This document shows positions 49,201 through 62,050 of a stretch of DNA of 64,000 bases, in pieces. Positions within the stretch are counted from its first letter, which is position 1. Each line of letters opens with the position of its first letter. A program made the position numbers and the translations under genes. The stretch spans positions 1,430,199 through 1,494,198 of the forward strand of contig NW_002060945.1 in the NCBI RefSeq assembly GCF_000150275.1, written 5' to 3'. The stretch is from Trichoplax adhaerens (taxonomy: Eukaryota > Animalia > Placozoa). The notes below the pieces were generated by a model that saw only the letters and a program-made list of their open reading frames with translations, was not told where the DNA came from and made no database searches.

Positions 49201-51690
49201 CTACTTATATTCTCCTTGTTGGATTGGATTATGTCGAATCGGGAGGTATAGAGCATTTATTTCCAGTTAGAAAAATGATCTATTTCACTCTATTGGATAG
49301 TAGTAATATAGCCATTAGCAGTTGTCTGGATGCAGTTTCAATTCTAGTATGGAGAGATAGAGCATTCACTTCTAATGAGAAATAATGTAGGCTGTAAACT
49401 CCTTTTCAATCTGAAGGAGAATTAGTCTTGATTTTCTATTTGTAAAGGATGTTGAGATAATGATGATGTTATAGGATCATCAATAGATAATCTGCCTATG
49501 TAGTTCTAGTTGCATTTGATTAGTGCTAATATGGAGGTAGAGAAGATCAGTTCATAAACTCTCCTTGATCCAACTCTAGTAGTAGTATAGGATTTGTTAT
49601 TACTTATTAGTTTTACTGATTTTCGATTCATGAAGGACGCAAAGATGATCGTAATGACGATGAATATGGATGCTATCATGTAATTCATGACTATATCCAA
49701 TAGATAGCTTTCATCATCGAATCTACTCATACTATAAAAATTGAGTTTTAACGTATATCTCTGTTCCTAATACCCTATTACATAGGATTACAATAGTAAA
49801 AGAAAATAGAAGCTAGAGAATAAATATACATTTTAATGAAGCTAGAGGGGGAACCGATCAATTTGTTAGCATAGAATGACTGACTAGCACGTCTTCCTCT
49901 AAATGTAGAAGATGATTCGAGTTGTCTTATTGGCTTAACTTTAATTCTATCATTACGTATAGGCCAAGTCATATTCATTCATCAGCATTGGTCTTTAATA
50001 ATATCGGACTTGTTTCTTTTACTGATTTCATTTACAAGAGGCAATAGAAATTTCTCAACGTACCGTCGATAATCATTCGAAACGATTGCCTCAAAATAGA
50101 TCATTTTAACATGCAACTGCCTTATGATACTCCAATCCTGACAGATAGCTGGCTTACGACATGCGTCACTCGGGGTGTCTGAATTTTGTATTTGATATTA
50201 ATTGAAATTAAATATCCTTCTGTGATTAAAATACTTTATTAATAATTTTGTTCTAACACACATACTGTCCTAAAATAGAGGGGAAAAAATGCTTATTCAC
50301 GCTCTATTCGTTAACCTTCAGTATACAGAACTGCGCAACGGTAAAACTGTACTTGTACTCGTAGATCGGGCTCATCAGTTAAACATCAATTATACTACCT
50401 TTCCATATAGACGTGTATATCTACGAAACGTAATTTCTCAACTTAATAACGATAAACTTTTAATCGATGCTCACAGTCCATGACGTTTTCTGTTATTCAT
50501 TTCTATTATCCAAAATATTCACAGTGATGTTAACTCATGTTACATGACCTTTTCCTAACATTTGTTTTTCCTACCAACTATGACGTAACTATTAAGAAAT
50601 AAAGTATAAATTAGTATACATCCAAAACTAACATCGTATTAAGGCAATTCCGCGGAAAAGGATACTTGTCCTCCTCCCTTCCCGGCTCGCTTTTGTCATA
50701 TTATCGTTGAAATCCCCTGATTGAGCTATGGAAAGTAATTCATTGATAATATAGTGACATAAATCTCACCTTGACTAATTTTTCATCAAGTCAAATTATA
50801 GATTATCATAGTATAAACACTTAATCTTACGTAAGATGATAACTAAACAATTTTCTTCATCCTTGACAATTTTAACACAAATCAACTGTACTGTATAAAC
50901 AATTGTTGCTAGTGCAAAATCATTTCCAGGTAATCTTAGAATCTTCATGGTTTAAACAGTTACTCAAATACCTACTTTAATGGCTGATCAATTATGAAAG
51001 ATTGAAAATCTTTATAAAACATACCTTGATGGGATAGATTTAGGAATATAACATGATAGCAACGTACAATCGATTAATTACTTATTTATGCAATATTCAA
51101 TATTACCAAAATGAGAATAGTAATCCATCATCATAATAAAAATAACCGTAAATTGTTTAATAATACTGGGGTAAGAATTATAATAGATTATTATTATTAT
51201 TGAAAAAGGCCTTTGTGTCATACGAGTACCTTGTAATTTCTCATCGTAACAGTAATTTATTTATTTACTTTGAAATGGCAAATTTGTAGCATTTAATTTT
51301 ATGTAATTAATTAAAGTAATATGTTTATACATTAGGATACATTATTATATTTTCCTAATCGATTACAATCTAATTTTGAATTTTATGAATAAGAAAGAAT
51401 ATTTTATGTAATATTATACTTTCGTTGTCATTATTTACGAGTTTATTCTACGCGACCAATATGGTGAAATGGATAGGCCAAATCGAGACAGAAATTTCAC
51501 CTTTTTGCTTCTCTTGATATGCACGTGTAACAATTTACTAAGCTTCGATATAAAGTATAATTTCGATCATATGTAACGTTTATAGAAATGAGATATCCTA
51601 ATTATTAAATGCCAATCGATCTTAGCTGCGTGCCCTCAAATTTATAAAGATTACTTGAGTGAATTGGATGAAATTTTTTTATTTATTTAG

Positions 51691-54600
51691 GAAAAAGAAA
51701 AACATCAAGCGCAGATTGATAATTTATTTAGCTCTTCAATAGAAGAAAGGAAGGCAACTGTAGTGTAAGTTTACTAAATATATCACGCTATTGCTATTTA
51801 GAGATTCAATAGTTTTCCGAATGACATGGCATGAGCATTCACTACCTCTTAAATCTAAGTATATCTTGTTAAATGATGTTCATTTTTAGCTACGTGCACA
51901 ATATAAGTATTTTTTATTTGTTGTTTAATTTAATTAATCCTACATACCTCTGCCCTGTTAGAACATATTTTTTTATTAATTTATAGACTATGATAGCAAA
52001 CTTGTTGATAGTGATTTTATTACTGTTCGATGTGATGTATATGATACAGCATGATGTACCCTTAAATATTATTTGCCTACTTATCATTTCTTTCTTATGG
52101 ATATATTTTAAAGTGACATCAAGAATGTTGTTATTGGCGATGTTACTAAGAAAGTTGCATATGTAGATTTAGGAATAATACCCAGGTAAATTATTAGTGA
52201 TATTAATTGCTATAAAGAAGTAGATGTTGAACGATAGTTATGTCATAGGTCATTGCGTGACATTTGGATGCTGTAATTAAAAGTTTACCGCATTAATGTG
52301 CACGTATAAAAAAATGTAGTCAAGTCTTAACATGTACATTATTATTTCTATTGATAGGTTACTACATCTAATGGTCCAGGACAATGATTGCAAATGGATA
52401 ATAATTGAATCGACAATAATTCTTGGAAGCTTGAGTAAAGGTAACTATCTAAGGATTATTACATATTTCTGTTCTGACTAATATCTAACCTTAAATTTCG
52501 ATAAAAAATTAATAGAAAGGCAAATTATGGAAAAGATTCTACAAACGCAGGCCTTACCCATCGTTATTAAAGGTATTGTCTACACGTAATATATTGAAAA
52601 TAACTGCGTTTAAATCATACCGTAGCTTCATGAAAGTGAATATGGCGAAAATTCTCATAGACTCTTTTAATAGCTATTATATAATTAATGTATTACTGTC
52701 ATAATTTATTGTAGGATTATTTCATGATGATCATGACGTTGTAACGGCTTCATTACGCACATTAAGAAATTTCTATCTTTCTGATCTGACACCGAGTGAA
52801 CCTTTATATGAAGAAGTAACAGCATCTTTTGCATATTAAATCGATAGTACTATCAATTTCTGAATTTGTGATCTAAGAATGAACGGCTAAACAATAATAA
52901 ATAATTCGCCAATATTTTAGAATTCAGCTGGGATTATTAAGCTTTTACAACTATTATCACGTTCTCGCGTACATTCAGAATATGCGACTTTGATCCTATC
53001 CAATTGCTGCAGGGTACTAATAGTTCATTAATCATCTTGCTATTGCATTTTTCATAGTGCTGATTTAGTGACCACATGTAATTACTTGATTTTTACATTA
53101 TAGAACTCGGAACAACAAGTAATTTTGTTTAGTGCCAATGCAGTTGACATTCTAAAGCCGCTATTGGAATATAAATCGGAAAAGGTAATTACTATTGTTT
53201 CTTACGTTATCGTACAGAAAGCAAGCTAAAATTATGCCATCGTACGTTAATTAATTAGATAAGTGTTTAAACGCAAAGAACTTAATGCAACTTCCCGCTT
53301 TTGACAAATGGTCTATTTTTTATAAAGATCTTAGCTCCAACATTATCTTGTTTTGCAACCTTGGCATATAAAAATGGAACAATTGCTGAAATAATTGCAA
53401 AAAGTTAGTAAATTTATACTATTTTTATCATTTCTCTTCGTTAGTGAAACTTGGCTAAAATTTTGTAAGGCTATGATTTGAGCTATGTGTACTAAAATTT
53501 CAGTTTTTAATTTGTACCAACAGCTGAAGAATCTGGCAAGACATTAGTGGAGATTTTCGGAGGAATGATAAGCAGAGACAAGTCACTCTACCTTCAGTTC
53601 CTCGCTGCAAAGTGGTGAGCGATCTAGTTGCAATGTATTGCTGAAGAATTGATTCGCATGAGTTTTACTGACTGCTGTTTTCTTATTTTCATTTAGTCTC
53701 ACGTACTTATGTCGTACTGGGGTTATTTCAAGTGATAGAGTTTTAATTCGTTTGAAGGTATCCTCTTTATTCTACCGTTAGTAGATTGATAGTAGTACGG
53801 CAAGAGATTATAATGAAACACTTGATATAAATAATTTCATAGGTTATGCCAACTTTAGCCCGCATGTGTAAGGGGGATAATCCTCCTAGGATACAGTATC
53901 TAGCCGCAGATATATTATCTTACCTCTTGGAAGATGACCAGGAATTACAAGAACTAGCAATGTATACGAATCACCTTTTGCGCAGTATTTCGCGATATCT
54001 AAAGAGAACTGAACTTGATCCAGACACTTTCTCCTACATGAAACAGGTTTGAATTAACACTTTCCGATTAATAATAGCAGATTATCTTAACAATTTGAAA
54101 CTATACCGCTACCATTTTGGGCAATATCTAGGGTGCATTCCATGTCTTTGCTGCGTTATGTGCTCATAGTGAAACTAGCAGGAAAAAGGTAATGTACTAT
54201 TGTGATTTAACTCCTCCATCTAATGAACTAGATTTAGAATATTTCCGCAGTTGCAGATGTTATTTAAATGAATTGGATTATGCAAAAGTAGTTTTGTAAA
54301 GCAAATATTTTGGGATTGCATTTTAGGTCACAGAAATTGAACCACACATAATAAAACATGTCGTTAGAGGTTTAGAAGATTCTAATTATAAAGTGAAGCA
54401 CGCAGCTGCCAAGTAATAAAATATACCAGCAATCGTCAAATATACGCCTACCATACGAAACCATCAGAACCGTATTTAAACTTAATGGTTTTATATTGTA
54501 TCTGTTTTTACTACAGTTGCCTTCTTAGCTTTTCTCGGTCTGTACAGCAGTTACGAACAAATCTTAGTGATAATGAAGTCTGGAAGCCTGTGTGGAAGGT

Positions 54601-56411
54601 ATAATGTGACGCACAAATATTCCTTCGCTACTGCATTGATAATTTTAATCTGCTTTTGTAGATTCTTAATGAAGATAAAAATATTTCGGAAGAATTGTTA
54701 ACAATCTTGAGTGCTGTTATCTGCAATCTTGTACTTGACTTTTCTCCGGCTAGAAAGGTATCCTCCGCGTAATTATTATATTTCATGATAATGTCTGATA
54801 TATGATAGATGTAGTGACCAATTGCCAATATTACGCCGAGTGTGTAAGATCGCAATAATGCTCCTTTTTGACACTTTTTATTATCATTTTGTCTATCATC
54901 ATTTGTAGTCGTTATTGAAAGTCCCTATTTTAAAATTTCTATCCACTCTTGCTCAACATGAGTCGAAGAGCATTCAACTCAATGCCCTTTGGGCGTATAT
55001 GGTATGAGAAATATATACGTGCACGTACGATGGGTTATACGATATAGCGTATTTACTGTTATTACTACTAATATTATTATTACCCACTATGGATGTATTT
55101 GCAGTTAGGTAACTATTTCCGTATTTTTGATAGAACTTATCACATGGGACCGATATAGATACGAAATGTAACATAATACTATCATTGTCACCTCAACAAC
55201 TTTTTGAGTAAGAGCTAACTATAAAAAGCTACTATTTGAAATGACTTTTCGACTTTCGTTGATATAAATACTTGCTTTAATTTTCATTGCCATCTGCAGT
55301 AGTTTACAAAATTTCATAAGTTATTATGAGTTAGTAATCTAGTGTCTAGAGTGTGTTGTAAGAAATAGTTAGATATGAAAAGTGCTAATTTTTAATTATT
55401 TACTCTAATTATAACTGTGTATGTTACTTTTTATATTGTGTGATGGAACAGATTTTTGAACATAGAATATTTACGGACTGTTGATGGCAAAGCACGAATT
55501 TTAAAATGTCTTGGGTTGCTACGAAATATCTTATGTTCAACAGAAGTAAGAGTTATGTGCACAATAATTCAGATTCGCAAATGAAAATGGTTAATACTGT
55601 TTTATTATTCTTACAAGGATGCTGATTTCATTATGGGACTTCACGGATGCAATATTGTGGCTGCGTTAAGATCAATTATTCTCTCGAATGACTATGATAA
55701 GGAGATTCTTGAGCAGGTAAAATTTACCTACTGTAGTACTGCTACTAACTGTACGCTGTACTGGAGGAAATATTAATGCAGTAATTACATTCTTTGGGGG
55801 TAGACGTTATGTGTAGTATTGAATATGGCGAGTGCTGGGGTAGCCACGAAGGAATTGATGGCAGCTGATGATGACTTATTGAAAGCTATCTTAACGTTAA
55901 TGGTACGTGAACGCATGAGATTATTTGTATGTATTTGTTACTCATAAACTCTAAACTAATTTTGCAAAATCGAATTTAGTCATGCGAGAAATCTGGGATA
56001 CAATTAGCGGCTTGCCGCGTAGTTTCAAATCTCATCTCCAACATGCATGAAGGTATTTAGATCAAAATACTAAATTTTCGAACTGGTACTGGTGTATGAT
56101 TATGCGTACTTTTAGAGTAATTTTAATTTCTACATATATGGTGAGTGACCTGATTTGTGTTTTGACGTTCATGATTTTAAATAATGCAATCTAGGAGCAT
56201 CAAGTCGAAGGCATAAATTAAGCGAATTAGGCATCCAAAAGACATTGCAGTCGTTAATATCATCATGTTCGGATAGTAACCTCTTCGACATGTAGGTCAC
56301 CGTTTCATTATGAAAACGATTAATCATATTAGCGCTTATTTAACAAAATTTTTCCGTGTTTTATGTAATAGCATCAAGACGATAATGCAACAATTAAAAC
56401 TAATTACATAA
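51691..56411 (+). CDS. ARMC8: Armadillo repeat protein 8 (GID5, CTLH/GID E3 ligase subunit); first exon not resolved
   Basis: About 21 short exons collinear with ARMC8: DIKNVVIGDVTKKVAYVDLGIIPR, ILGSL, LQFLAAKCLTYLCRTG, VMPTLARMC, SFSRSVQQLRTNLSDNEVWKP, ICNLVLDFSPARK, LNALWAYMN, KCLGLLRNIL, ILEQTLCVVLNMA, SDSNLFD; terminal exon IKTIMQQLKLIT* (TAA at 56409-56411). Confidence 0.92.
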
Positions 56412-56963
56412 AAGAAAAAGAAAGCAAGCTCTCCAGCTGCGATAGAACTTTCGCGCGAGATAGATATATTTTGTTTGGTTTTCCATTGCATGTAATTATT
56501 ATTGTAAAGCGTATTCATAATATGATCAATATAATTGGGACTAGATGATGGAAAAACGATTTTTGTACTGGCATTTTTTAGCGTTGGAGCTAAAATATTT
56601 CTGTTTGACTGCATAAATGTAGTGTATACTGTATAGTTGAGATCATTATCTAATGGTAATTTTTATGATCTGTAAGCAATGGATCATTATAAGTCTAAAT
56701 TTTTCAACGACTATTTGCTTATAATAATTCTCGAGCCATAAACCAATTTCAAATTCACAAACCATTTCTTCATGGTAACAATAGTTACGAGGGCAATATC
56801 ACCGATAGATACAGTAAAATTTGAATAATAATATTTACTATACTCTTTTCCATTGTGCATGTTACCACCTAACCATTTAAATTTGGACCTACGAGTATTA
56901 CATTTAGATAATGCTGTCGTATTGACAAAGTGTCTGCTGCTTTTGACTATTAACCATTAATCT

Positions 56964-59433
56964 TCACTTGTGGGATGAATAAGTTTGAAACCCGATACAG
57001 TCCAATCTGGCTCTGCACCGGTTGTAAATTCTCGCTTGTATCTAAGCATTGCATTGTAGGAAAGAAGAAGGGTAATATAAAAGTTACTGTATTTCTGATT
57101 TTACTATTTAATAAGCCGTAAGTGTTTCTAACCTCACTGATGCCATAATAAATTTCATATCATTCCTTAATGATATTCTTCCTTCTTCTGAGAATAACTT
57201 TGAACCAACAGTTTCAGGTTGTATAGATGACAAATCAACGTATAGGTACCGAACGCATATAAAAATGAATTTTTTACCTATGTGTGATTAACATAGTTTA
57301 TTAACAAGAGTAATAGTTATAAGATAGCCTTGGTCGGTTTCAGTCGCTCATAAATTTGTGTAAATTCTAGGTAATTTCAATCATAAAACAATTTTACTTG
57401 GCAAATTAGCAATTACCTTCAGGTTCATAAATTATTGTTATTATAGATGGAAAAACCCTAAAGATTTGGGTTAAAGGTTGTCCGTTATAATTTAAAATAT
57501 TACGTATATCCCATCCACGACGGTCTAGGGTCGTTTTGCACTGTTTAGCAGAAGCTTTTGCCTAAATCAGTAAAAGAGGTTATGGCTTATGTTAGATAAC
57601 CATTTCCTTTCCTGTTGGTAAATAATTAACTAATTCTTAAGATTAAGCTTAATCATCTAGAGATTTCGAACTTGAAATTTGACATATCAGTTTACTATTC
57701 AAACGATCAAAAGTTTTGATGGTATCTAAGTTTGAAATTTACGGTAATGTCTTTTAATATTACTAAAGATAGTACTAGCAGAATATCTCTGTATTGGTAA
57801 GCACCTTAATTGAACTTTAAATACATATATCTACATAATGGTATCCCTCGATCAAGTTGCCTTACTTCTGGACTGAGTAAATCTTCAATCCTTGAATAAT
57901 CATCGGTAGAGATTGCATCACAAATCATTTTCATAGCCTAGATAGTGCGGAAAATAATAGCAGCGTTAAATACTTACAGCAATGTAGATGTATACTGCGT
58001 ATAAATGCGAGCACAAAAGATATCTAATCCATTCACTTAAATTAGAAATCGTTCCATATGTTATAGCTATGATGGTCGCTATCTATGCTATTGAGGTAAT
58101 CCTAAAGTCTATATATTCATATAGTCAAGGTCCATTTCTCTGAAATATGTCAATTTTTGTTGTGCAGTAGCAGTATTAAATGATAAGAAAGTAGAGAGTA
58201 CGTCACACAGTATTTTGAAGTTCTGTAGTAGTTCTTTGTACAGATTGTTGATTTAAGAAAGTGGTCTCTAAAATTAGTAAAACTGTAATACTATACGAGC
58301 AAGATGATCGACCAGATATTTGTACTGACTGCCCATTTCAAGTGTTAGTACAGCATGTATACTTACCTGATAAATTGCAAAGTATAGGCGTTACTAGGGG
58401 TTCTTTTTTGTAAGATTTGTGAATTGCAGTACTGTAATATAATAGCATGGAATAACATAGCGAAGGTGTTTTGAAGCTATATTCGATGAGCCCTTAACTT
58501 GTAGCTGTGCTACAGTAGAATAAAATACTTTAGTGCAAATTAGATAGAAGTACCTAATTTACCTATACATACATGTAAATCATAAACTATAAACTACACT
58601 CCTAAGAGGAAGTCCTTTCCTCTAAGATTTGTAGAATTAGAGTCATATAGGAGCATTGATTGACGATGGAACGATATAGTCCATGTCCTATTTTCAAGCT
58701 ATTTAGAAAGCCTCAACCCGCAGTTGTACTACTGTAAACTAAGTCATCCATGCCAGATAATAGCACCTATACGTTTAGGTGAATGGTAAACGACAGCATG
58801 CACACAAAACTCGAGATTCTTGTCTATTAGCACCTACTGTATTTAGTATCCTTCAACTGGTATTTGTGTGGATACCAACTGGTCAGCTATTTTCGTAAAA
58901 TTGTATAACTTAATGAACTAGTATCAAGTTGAGAAGGATTTACTTTTCAACTAATGTACAATAGACTAGATGCAATTTCAATTGTATAAGTAGTTGTAGC
59001 TATTTAGCTATTTCTCTACCTGGTTGGCACCTTCTAAGAATGAATCCTTACTAAAGTCATGACCAAGCACTCTTCCTAGTAAGAAGAATGTAACAGCAGT
59101 TTTAATGGGTCTTGTCAAACCTGCTAGATCAACTGTAACAATTTTGGTTTCTCCGGCAGGATTATCACTTCTATTATTGTCGTTATTTAAGTTGGGACTG
59201 GTTCGATTGACAAATAATCGATGATGTTGAAGATTGGCGTTGAATGTTGTTGCAAAGTAGTGCTTGGATTTTCCATGGCTAAAACGAATAATATGGTATG
59301 GTTTTCTACTCCAATCGAATGAACACGCGTGTGAAATTGATCGAACTCCAATAAGTGTTAATCTATTACGATAATGTAATCCATACTTGGTACAATTCCT
59401 AGCTAAAGAACTGTTGCAAGCTAAAAAGACCAT
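56964..59433 (-). CDS. MAIP1: m-AAA protease-interacting protein 1 (C2orf47, Tim44/Mba1-like mitochondrial protein)
   Basis: Approximate exons: 59020-59433, 57866-57937, 57417-57561, 57133-57277, 56964-57041. Arg/Ser-rich mitochondrial-presequence-like N-terminus; DFSKDSFLEGANQA, IIYEPEGKKFIFI, and C-terminal YKREFTTGAEPDWTV, matching MAIP1 FQREFTQGVKPDWTI. Confidence 0.88.
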
Positions 59434-60139
59434 GATGATGACGATGATAATAACTAGATTACAGTACGATGATCTATCCTTGCAGTAGAAAGCACACTTA
59501 TCCTTCAGCTAGTTTTTGAGCAGACACTCCAATCTTCGATCCACTCCCTCTTAAACAAGTCCACTACAAGTTAACTCAAGTAGTTTATTGCCACTTTCTT
59601 CCAGGTAGGCTGATGCAGTAAATACTGTCTTCAAAGTTTAGCTTGAACTAGATTGAAAATAATCAAAAGGATGAGTATTAAACCAACTGTTTCAGTAAGC
59701 CACTTGGCTGGTCCAGGCCACCATGTTTGTTAGCTGGAGCTGATGTTGAAGGTCGTTCTTATGTTGAATTGTATAGACACCGAGGCACTAGTTGAAAGAT
59801 AGTATATATAGTATGGGATTATGGGACTGTTTGGTAGCCATGATAAGATTTTGACTATTTATAATTAATGTATAGTACAGTACTGATTCCTGATTCTTGC
59901 AATACTAACAAATCCAATATGGCATTATAGTGCTGTACAGTGTAGTATATAGTGATCCGTATGGATAGCAGTAATGCTTAATTAATTCATTAATTAATGT
60001 ATAACATAAATTAATTAGCTGTCCTGGAGTTGCAAATTTAGACATTTGCAATGCTGCATCGATATTGATTTATTATAATCAATTCATTAATTAATCATTT
60101 ACAATGTAGCAAATAACCAGTTCTCCATGCATTAGTTTC

Positions 60140-60848
60140 TCCACCAAGGTGCTGCCATACTATACAAATCTACAGTTATATACCTAATGCAGGCGAGCCT
60201 TTGCAATCTCCCAATCTAGCCTCATTTGTCATTTCTTTTTCTGTAAATCTACCAAGGTGCTGCCATAGTGCCATACTATACAAATCTACACTTATATACC
60301 TAATGCAGACGAGACTTTGCAATCTTGCAATCCAGCCTCATTTGTCATTTCTTTTTCTGTAAATCTACCAAGGTGCTGCCATAGTGCCATACTATACAAA
60401 TCTACACTTATATACCTAATGCAGGCGAGACTTTGCAATCTCGCAATCCAGCCTCATTTGTCATTTCTTTCTCTGTAAATCTATCAAGGTGCTGCCATAC
60501 TGTAAAAATCTACAGTTATATAGCTAATGCAGGCGAGACTTTGCAATCTCGCAATCCAGCCTCATTTGTCATTTCTTTTTCTGTAAATCTGCCAAGGTGC
60601 TGCCATACTGTAAAAATCTACAGTTATATACCTAATGCAGACGAGACTTTGCAATCTCGCAATCCAGCCTCATTTATCATTTCTTTCTCAGTAAATCTAT
60701 CAAGGTGCTGCCGCACTGTATAAATCTACAGTTACATAGCTAATGCAGGCGAGACTTTGCAAGGTGCTGCCATACTGTAAAAGTCTACAGTTATATAGCT
60801 AATGCAGGCGAGACTTTGCAGCCTAATTTGTCATTTCTTTTTCAGTAA
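60140..60848. repeat. 108-bp minisatellite, ~7 copies (two with an 8-bp internal duplication, one truncated), 5' of MAIP1
   Basis: CAAGGTGCTGCC units start at 60145, 60253, 60369, 60485, 60593, 60701 and 60760. Confidence 0.95.
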
Positions 60849-61674
60849 GTAACACAACCCAGGTTCATTTTATCGTTTCAAAAGTTCAATCTAAACATAC
60901 GTCGGATTGCAAGCGACAGCTAGCCTAGCTGCTAACACTGCTACTCATGTTGACGACCCTTAGATCATTTGATAATATTAATCGATGAAATGCATGCTGC
61001 TGTAGTCTCGACTGGTTAACGTAAAGACAGCATGCTACATACGATTGTCATGATAACATCACGTCGAAAATCGATCATTACAATAATTAATTACTATTAA
61101 TACCCTAAGTTGTACATTCAAGCTTATGTCTGAGCAATTGCAAGTTTTTGCAACTAGTATTTCAATAGTTCAACCGTCAGCTTCGAAAAAATGAATACTG
61201 CACTTGGTTAAAAATACGAGAAACACCTCCATTTTGAATACACGAGTAGAGCTTATGCTGGAAAACATGGCCAATGATTCGATATAGAGCATTTGGCATT
61301 TGCTACGCTTGTCTGATACTAAGTAGAGTTCGTCGAATCGAATCGAATGTTAAACCCTAGCTTGAGCAGTCAGTAACTTACTGATGATGCACTACCTGGT
61401 CCATTAATTAATAATATTTTTGTAATACATAATGCAAAGAATTTGCAAACACCTATTTCTGAAATCTCAATATTGCAAGGCCTATGCACCGAATACTTTA
61501 AGGATCCCTGAGGAGTGCTCAACTCCTCTAGAATTAATTGAAAAAAGAACGAATGCAGTATGCTTCGATTGAGTGATATACTGTACTGTAGCATATATAT
61601 TGTCATATATAATAAGGCATAAGGCAACAAGTATCGTCCATTATAATAAATTATTATTAATGTCAACGATTATG

Positions 61675-62050
61675 TTGCAGCTAAAAGCCTAAACCCGGAT
61701 ATTAAGCATATAACAGACCGAAATGATCCGATATAAGTTTAGTCTGATTCAGCCTTACAGTATAACTTCCGTCGAGCAATAAAATCGATTAATACGATTA
61801 ATGTTATACTGATATAGCCAGCTAAAGGCCGAAATTCAAACATTTTTTCCTCTTAATTCCGACTTGGCCAGTTATTACTCGTATGCATAATCCAACTTAG
61901 GCATACAGTAGCAGCCTACCTAAAGCTAGAAAACTCAACTATTTTTCCTCTTAACTTAGACTTAGCCGGCTATTATGCATAATCAAGCTTAATTATAGCT
62001 AGCTAAAGCCCAAAATTCAAATATTTTCCCTCTTAATTCGGACTTTAACC
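61675..62050. repeat. Degenerate short tandem repeat (~80-100 bp, 3-4 copies)
   Basis: AGCTAAAG(G/C)C..AAATTCAAA.ATTTT.CCTCTTAA(T/C)T..GACTT blocks at ~61820, ~61920 and ~62001. Confidence 0.65.

Noticed and set aside
60433-60723. 96-aa repetitive ORF
   Set aside because: By-product of a 108-bp (36-codon) repeat; neighbouring units are frameshifted by 8-bp duplications and the start is TTG
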